A DNA stretch of 64,000 bases. Source: a virus (lineage: Duplodnaviria; Caudoviricetes). The stretch lies in IMG/VR virus record IMGVR_UViG_3300029911_000026, positions 768 to 64,767 of that record; one strand, given 5' to 3'. Shown piece by piece: positions 57,871-64,000 of this stretch; the first letter of the stretch is position 1, and every line of letters starts with the position of its first letter. Under the pieces are notes generated by a model. It saw nothing but the letters and a program-made list of their open reading frames with translations, had not been told where the DNA came from and searched no databases. The position numbers were made by a program, and so were the translations under genes.

Positions 57871-59544
57871 CTGATCTTGCCCTCCGTCCGCAGCTTGTTC
57901 TCCATCTTCATCATCATGTCCGGGAGCGCGGCGACGCACTTCGCCTCGGTCGCCAGGATGCGAAGACACTCGTCTGTGACGCGCAGCCGGTCGGCGAGCT
58001 GGAACGTAAGGCGCGTCTGCTTATCTGGCTTCGTCGAGGCCCGTCGCCGGAGAAGCGCTTTGAGCTCGGAGATTCTGGCGTCGGTGATCAATGGACTGGA
58101 CCCCTGTCTGCCATGTCGAGTAGCGCCGAGAGGTTGTAAGCGACTCGGTCCTTTTCGTCGCCAGGATGGATGGTCGCCCCGCGGGAGATGCGGCGCATGA
58201 GATCTCCGGAGCTGCGGCCCGTCTCGTAGGCCCATGCGAGGAATTCCTCTATGTTCGGCTCGTAGGCAACGATGATGTCTACTGCGCTGATAGGGACGCC
58301 GGGGTTGTGCGGGAGGAACGGGCTGGAGGCGACCAGTAGAGGCGCGAGCATGGCACCGCGAACGGCCTGTGGGTCGCTGGCGGCGATGCGCTCCATGTTC
58401 TGCTGCGACATGATGATGACGATGGTCAGGCCGCCGTCGAGCTTCGGGAGGGGGATGACTATGGGCATGTGAGGCGCTCCGATTCCTTGGGCGCGGCCGT
58501 CTCGCCCAATATGAAGGCTACATCGACGACTTGACCGTCGGTGATGGAGTCGAAATTCTTCTGCACCCATTCATGCGCGATGGGGATTGTGCGTGGGCCC
58601 TTGCCGAGCACTCCCCATCCGTAAGTGTCGGACGTAGCGGCCTGGTCGCCCAGAAGCATCAGCACGATGGTCGAGTCGGACCCATCGAACCCAACGCGAC
58701 GAAGGTAGTAAGCCTGGTTCGGGTTGCTTGGCGTCATGCGGATGGCCATGGCTCCAATGAAAGTGCCGTGGTCACGAATCTCTACGATCTTGATTTCCAT
58801 TAGTACTTACCTCCGAGCAGAAAGAGTACCGCCAAGCCGATGAACAGCACGGCCAGCGTTTTGAAGATGAATGGGTTGACCTCGGGACCGCTGCGCGGCT
58901 GGCGCTCCCAATCCGATTTGCGAAAGTCTGCCTTTTGAAACTTCATCCGAGCCCTCCCCGATCGTCGCATTCTTCGCGGTTCTTGCAAGTGCATCTCTCG
59001 TCTGGCGTCGAGTAGAAGCCTGACTTGTCGCACCACCAGCAATGGTCGCAGAGGTTCCAGTCGTCGTTACCGGGGAAACAATCGCGACAAATGGAGCACC
59101 ATACGGAATCGCTTTCGATGCCGTTGCTCTGGAGCCAGTCGAGCATGTCCTGTCCCGGCTTGAGGTCGATAGCCTTGGGTAGTTTGGTGAGGCGCCGCGT
59201 CCGGTTGCGCTTCCGTACCGCGATGGTCCTCGGCTTGTCGTCGAATGGCTCGCTGTCCCGCGCATCAACCCATTGCGGCTCTTTCTCGACGATCTTAGGA
59301 TTACCGATGCCGCTTACGTGATAGATGCCCCGGACTTCGATGGTGCTGCGCCCGCCAGCTCCGCTCATGTGGAGCAGATAGCCGAACTTGCGCGAGTAGT
59401 CAACGTCCCAGAGTTGCTTGCAAACGTAGACCCTGCCTTCGTAGCCCTTCTCCTCTTGAAGCACGGTGAGGTTGTTGACTCTGACGATGCCACGGCCATC
59501 CTTGAAGAACTCCGCTACGACGCTTCGGGTGAGAATTTGCTCTT

Positions 59545-60372
59545 TCATGACGGCCTCTCCAGTACGACCAGCACGGCGTTGACCGCCGTTCCGGACTCGA
59601 TGAATGAACCGGCCGGCAAGTCCATGATGTTGCCGTGCCCGCTGTTGACCAGTTCGCGGATCTGAACGTATTCCGTCTCGCGGCGGAACTTGACGCTCGA
59701 GGCCGCGACGCTGACCAGTATGCCTCCGGGCCGGAGCAGCATGTAGGCGCGAAGGATATGCTGCGCGTCCTGCCGGTTCTCGAAAGGGGGGTTGGCGAGT
59801 ATCCGGTCGAACTCGGTATCGCCCTTCTCGTAGACCCATGTGTCGCCCATGAAATCGGACTGGCAGATAACGGCTCCGGGGAGCGCCTTGAGGGCCTGTG
59901 AGGCGCGTTGCTCGTCAATCTCGATGCCCAGGATGGAGAAGGTGTCGAAGGCTGGCTCCAGCTCTTCGAGATGCTTGAGTAGCGCACCGTCTCCGCAGCT
60001 CGGCTCCAGAATCCGGTTGCCGGGGGTGAGCTGGGCGAAGTCGAGCATCCGCTCTACGACCGCCTTGGGGGTGCGGAAGAAGCCGTTCTTGCGTGGCGGA
60101 GCGATCTCGCCGGTGCGGATGCACTCGTCCAGCTTGGCGCGGACTTCCTCGACCGACTGCGGGAAGAGATGGCCTCCGGTGTGGCGGCTCCATTTGCCGC
60201 CTAGGTCTACCAGGACGGAGTTCACTCGGAGATAGAGCTTGCGCTCCAGTTGCCCATCGCGGATGCGTACGATGGTATCAACGGCTGTGCCCTCGAAGTG
60301 GCGCTCCTCGATGTAACATCCGCTGAGGACTGCCAAAGCGTCGTCTGCGATGGTGAGCGTTACGGTTTTCAT
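59545..60372 (-). CDS. SAM-dependent N6-adenine-type DNA methyltransferase
   Basis: GFFRTP, ILEPSCGDG, ILANPPF, LRPGG.LV, GSF.ESGT.V. Confidence 0.85.
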   Translation of the reverse strand: MKTVTLTIADDALAVLSGCYIEERHFEGTAVDTIVRIRDGQLERKLYLRVNSVLVDLGGKWSRHTGGHLFPQSVEEVRAKLDECIRTGEIAPPRKNGFFRTPKAVVERMLDFAQLTPGNRILEPSCGDGALLKHLEELEPAFDTFSILGIEIDEQRASQALKALPGAVICQSDFMGDTWVYEKGDTEFDRILANPPFENRQDAQHILRAYMLLRPGGILVSVAASSVKFRRETEYVQIRELVNSGHGNIMDLPAGSFIESGTAVNAVLVVLERPS

Positions 60373-61678
60373 GCTGCCAACCTCCGTACTTCCTGCTTCT
60401 GTTTGAGTTGCGCCCAGGTGCAATCCGAGGCGTCTACGTCCGTGCGCGGCCCGAGGTCCTCCGGCTGGTAGAGACGCCCGCCGGCGCCCACATAAAGATA
60501 TTTGATCTCTCGGTACGTTCCGGATTCCGGAATCTCGGCCGTCTTGGTGAGGGTCACGGTGCCCACCGGATACCACTGGCCGAGCCGGTCGCAGTCGCAG
60601 ACCTGGCAGGTCTGGGTGCGCTCGTCGAAGCTGGACATCTTCCACACGGCCTTGTGCGCTGGAACCGAGATGCCGTCCTCTCGCAGATGGGAGCCGATCT
60701 GGGGATGGTCGTCGCTCGCCCAGACCGAATAGGCGTCGAAGCGGAGAACCTCCACCGCGAAGCTCGCATGGCCGTCCTGCTTCTTCTTGTCGCAGACCCG
60801 AACGGTGGCGCTCTCCCAGAACTTGATCTTGACGTTCGTTCCCTTCCGGCCCGGCATGTAGGGAGCGTCGAGGCGCTTGAATACGACGCCCTCACCGTTG
60901 GCCTCGCGCTCACCGAGCAGCATGGCGAACTTTGCATCCGCTCCCTGATAGAGCGGAGCGATCTTGACGATGCCCTGCAGACGGCTCCACAACCGGCCGT
61001 AACGCTCGATGTAGGGGATGGAGCGCAGATCTTCGCCGTCCAGCTCCAGCAGGTCGAACGCGACGTACTCGCCCAACTGAGGAGCCACTCGCCGTCCAGC
61101 ATGACGCTTATGCCGGCCTCGCGGAGCTTGGCGAGGACGTTCGATGGAATCTCCATCGGCTCGCCCTTGCGGTTGTAGGCAATGGCCCGGTGCGTCTCTA
61201 CCGCGGTGAACGCAACCTCGATGGCCATGCGGTGACCGTCGTATTTCTTCTGGCCTCCGAAGGCATCGTTTTCAACGTACCTGGTAGCCTGACCGTCTGC
61301 CGGTTCGAGCAGTTCCGGCTCAAAGCGCCGCGCGGCTGGTTTCGGGAGGGTGATGGGCTCGGTGACGATCACGTTTGCCCGGTGTGCAACCGGGCTTGCG
61401 ATGGCGGGAGTGTACTCGGTGGGGACATAGGTCCCCATGCAGCACTCGCAGCGCTTCCCGGTCTTTTCCGCAACCAGGCGTTCGTAGATGCGGAGAGCTT
61501 CGCCGTAGGGCAGAGGCGTCTTGGTCTTGGTGCCGAGGGTGAGAGCCTTTCCAATCGCCCCATATTGGAAGTTGACCAGCCAGAGGTCCGGAACTGGAAT
61601 GTAGGGTGCCAGCTCCACGTTGTACTGCTTTGAGTGTCTGTCGTTCTGGAGGACCAGCGTGATGCTCTTTGGTTCCAT
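60369..61678 (-). pseudogene. WGR-like domain + ATP-dependent DNA ligase split by frameshift near 61080
   Basis: KYDGHR and LDGE in one frame; YVAFDLLE, EGVVFKR, KIKF, EIKYLY in another. Confidence 0.75.
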
Positions 61679-61726
61679 GTCGTTTCTCCTGAGATTCGGC
61701 GGGTGCCGAGATTCGGTTCTATTTCA

Positions 61727-61755
61727 ATACTAATAGAGTGCTAGCTGAATGTACA
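61727..61755 (-). promoter_or_regulatory. Phage promoter
   Basis: TGTACA-N17-TAGTAT. Confidence 0.7.
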
Positions 61756-61764
61756 CCGAAATCG

Positions 61765-62298
61765 TCATGGCTTTTCCGGCTGAATCTTGAACTTGACGCC
61801 CATATCGAGCAGAACTTTCTTCGATAGAACGTCGCAGATGTCGTTCTCTTCGCGGGGGACCCAATCGAGCGTGATGCGCTTGCCGTGGATTCCCATGAGT
61901 CGCTTCGCTTCCTGGTAGTAGGGCAGGTAAAGCCCGCCGTTCATCTTCCAGAGAGCGTGGTAGCCGAGCCGCTTGGCTGCATCCAGGGACAGATGGCAGA
62001 TCACCAGCCGCGAGTCGCCACGGATGTAGATTGCGCCCTCATGCTTGACGGCCTCGGTGAGCGCCGCGACAAATCCGGAGTATTCAGCGACGTTGTTCGA
62101 CATGCCAGCGCCAAAGCCGCAATAGCCGCCCTCGCGGTAGACCCATTCGCCATTGACTCTAACGCACGCGCCCCATGCGGCGTGACCACCTGGATTCTGA
62201 GGTTCGCAGCAGCCATCGAACCATGCGCATACCGGGCTCATCAGATCCAGCTTTTCGCGGAGCCGCGGGTCGCCGTTCTTGCTCGCTCGGCTCATCAT
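61765..62298 (-). CDS. RNase HI family protein
   Basis: WFDG.C...NPG, SNNVAEY.G, GDSRLVI, WVPREEN..CD.LS. Confidence 0.88.
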   Translation of the reverse strand: MMSRASKNGDPRLREKLDLMSPVCAWFDGCCEPQNPGGHAAWGACVRVNGEWVYREGGYCGFGAGMSNNVAEYSGFVAALTEAVKHEGAIYIRGDSRLVICHLSLDAAKRLGYHALWKMNGGLYLPYYQEAKRLMGIHGKRITLDWVPREENDICDVLSKKVLLDMGVKFKIQPEKP

Positions 62299-62811
62299 CC
62301 GACCTGCACAATCTTGTGGCAATGGACGCATATCCAGTGGTGCTTGCTTATTGCCGCGCCTGGAGTGTTGTCGGCAACGTAGATGGCCGATTCGCCTTTA
62401 TCGCAGTGGCACCAAAGATCATCGAGCGCCTTGCTCGCGACCAGTTTTCCGGATTCCGGAATCTTGTCGAAGTCCCGTGCGTAGTCGATTAGCTGCTGAG
62501 AGAAGGGAAGGCCCGCCCGCTGGCGAGCCTCCTCGATCTCTGCTTTGGCGATGGCTTCGGTGTGCGCTTTGACGTTCATGAGCTACGACCTTTCAGCCAT
62601 TCCTTCACCTTATGGGGCGAGCCCCAGCAAGCGGCAGGAACATGCCAGTAGAGATGCTGCACGATGTCAAAGAGAAGGTAGCGGTTCTGAGTATCCGCAC
62701 GACTACAAGCATCTCGCAGATCATTGGATAGAACCGCCTCAAGAAAACCGCCCGTAGGGATGCGGTGTTCAACGTACCTGTCGATGCTGGGAATGATGTG
62801 GCTGATGTCGT

Positions 62812-63120
62812 TCATGCGAAGTCCTCATCGTTCACGATGGCCACGTCGCCGTGGATGGTGCCATCTTGACGATCTGGCCGGCAGACCGAGCGGTAGAGCG
62901 CGGTCGCCTTGGGGTTGATGGGTTTCCCGTCGATCAGGCCGGTATCGTCCACCATCATTACGGTGGACGCCAGCCCGTGTATGCCGCGGGTGAGGGTTAC
63001 CGTATCCAGGCACGTCACCTTGAGCGCGGCGTGGATGCGGTCGATTGTGGGACGGCCCAAGATTGTTCTCTCGGTGCCGTCCACACAGATGACTTTGAAG
63101 GAACCGCGCGACTGCTCCAT
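62812..63120 (-). CDS. DUF3846-like protein
   Basis: M.VDD.G....PIN.KAT.LY, I.GDV. Confidence 0.55.
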   Translation of the reverse strand: MEQSRGSFKVICVDGTERTILGRPTIDRIHAALKVTCLDTVTLTRGIHGLASTVMMVDDTGLIDGKPINPKATALYRSVCRPDRQDGTIHGDVAIVNDEDFA

Positions 63121-63378
63121 TAGGACTCCTCCATCGGAACGCCGAACAGAACGTGCTCGACGAGAGAGCTGGTAGAGAACTCGGCGATCTTTCCTGCGAA
63201 ATGCCACCGGGTTATGTGCTCAAGGAGTTGCAGGGCCAACATAATCCCTGCAACGATCAAGACCTTGCGAGTGATGTACTTGCGCCAATGGACGCGCTTC
63301 ATTACCTTCATGCTTCCCTCCTGAGATTCGGCAAGAGCCGACGTTCGGATGTAGCCACGGTGTTATGTGACTATCAGA

Positions 63379-63407
63379 ATACTAACATTATGGCGGCGTG
63401 AAGTACA
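63379..63407 (-). promoter_or_regulatory. First early-region promoter
   Basis: TGTACT-N17-TAGTAT, extended TG. Confidence 0.7.
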
Positions 63408-63756
63408 CCGAAAAATTATCGGTGCATAATCTCCCAAACTGTGGATTTCGCTTAGGTTCGCTTAGGACGCGCTAACGGAAAGACCTGTGGGTAGGAAGCT
63501 TTCGAGCGCGAAACCACTGGAATCCAGCCTGATCGCCCGGAAAGGGCACCGTAGGATTGCGTATAACGAATCGGAACACGGGCTCTGGTGTGATTATATG
63601 TCCGGATTTTACTCCGCAAACTATTGATAATAAAGGGTCGTCTCTCCGAAAAAGCCGCTAAAAACGCGAGCAAGGTTTGAAAATGAAATCGTGACTGAAA
63701 AAATAATCCTGAATTTTCTGGACACGGCGCTTGGAGCGTGTCTCATTTCCAAACAG

Positions 63757-63784
63757 CAATGGCCCCTCCGAAGAGAGGCCATTG
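63757..63784 (-). terminator. Hairpin after last CDS
   Basis: CAATGGCC-TCTC-TTCG-GAGG-GGCCATTG. Confidence 0.6.
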
Positions 63785-63805
63785 TGCGTCCGGTCGAGAA
63801 GCGGA

Positions 63806-64000
63806 CTAGCTGGTAGCGCCCTCCGCAGCAGCTTCGGTTCCCACGGCTTCCGGGGGAGCGGGAGCCGCAGGAGTCGGAACTGCCGGAACTGCCGGGGTAG
63901 GCAGAACCGAGCCGGTGCCCTCCGCGGCGTTGACGGACGAAACCGCGTTGAGGATGGAGGCGGTAACGGCGCTGGCCGTAGCGGCATCCGCTTGCTCTGC
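63806..64000 (-). CDS. Partial Ala/Pro-rich C-terminus of a gene starting beyond the window
   Basis: ...AEQADAATASAVTASILNAV...EGATS-stop. Confidence 0.5.
   Translation of the reverse strand, partial: AEQADAATASAVTASILNAVSSVNAAEGTGSVLPTPAVPAVPTPAAPAPPEAVGTEAAAEGATS

Larger units (their letters stand above)
6483..62461. repeat. Dispersed 15-bp palindrome TTCCGGAWTCCGGAA, 17 exact copies
   Basis: Starts at 6483, 8523, 13254, 15754, 25643, 27929, 37497, 37982, 39600, 41226, 43921, 46197, 52791, 54588, 56158, 60518, 62447; 1-mismatch copy at 19733. Confidence 0.95.

Noticed and set aside
63440-63495. DnaA boxes (TGTGGATTT, TGTGGGTAG)
   Set aside because: Only 7/9 matches; not significant

Overview
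The window is almost a whole tailed dsDNA phage genome, GC-rich and read almost entirely on the minus strand. It carries a Bcep781/Aaphi23-type myovirus structural module (PBSX terminase, DUF1073 portal, MuF, DUF2213 protease/scaffold, DUF2184 capsid, DUF3383 sheath, baseplate, fibres) and lysis genes at the left end. The right half holds replication/recombination and accessory genes (HTH initiator, Gp157, AAA_24 ATPase, clamp-like protein, Ku, a frameshifted ATP-dependent ligase, two RNase H, a methyltransferase, ParB-like). No integrase was seen. Family names are from motif recognition, not database searches. Top finding: a four-gene tRNA-Leu/tRNA-Ser operon (14972-15320) preceded by its own promoter, a leaderless Ser/Leu-rich leader peptide (MRCLSSSSLSSFSLLG...), an antiterminator and an intrinsic terminator. 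This looks like a ribosome-stalling attenuator that would switch on phage tRNAs only when Ser/Leu decoding fails. Other strong signals: 17 exact copies of a 15-bp palindrome TTCCGGAWTCCGGAA across the genome; a tRNA-Gly-like RNA with a hairpin inserted in its anticodon loop, followed by a structured non-coding tract; signal peptides on fibre-region proteins; a T-x-D-punctuated, polyprotein-like extension on the prohead protease; and a GIY-YIG gene with I-TevI-like hairpin control.
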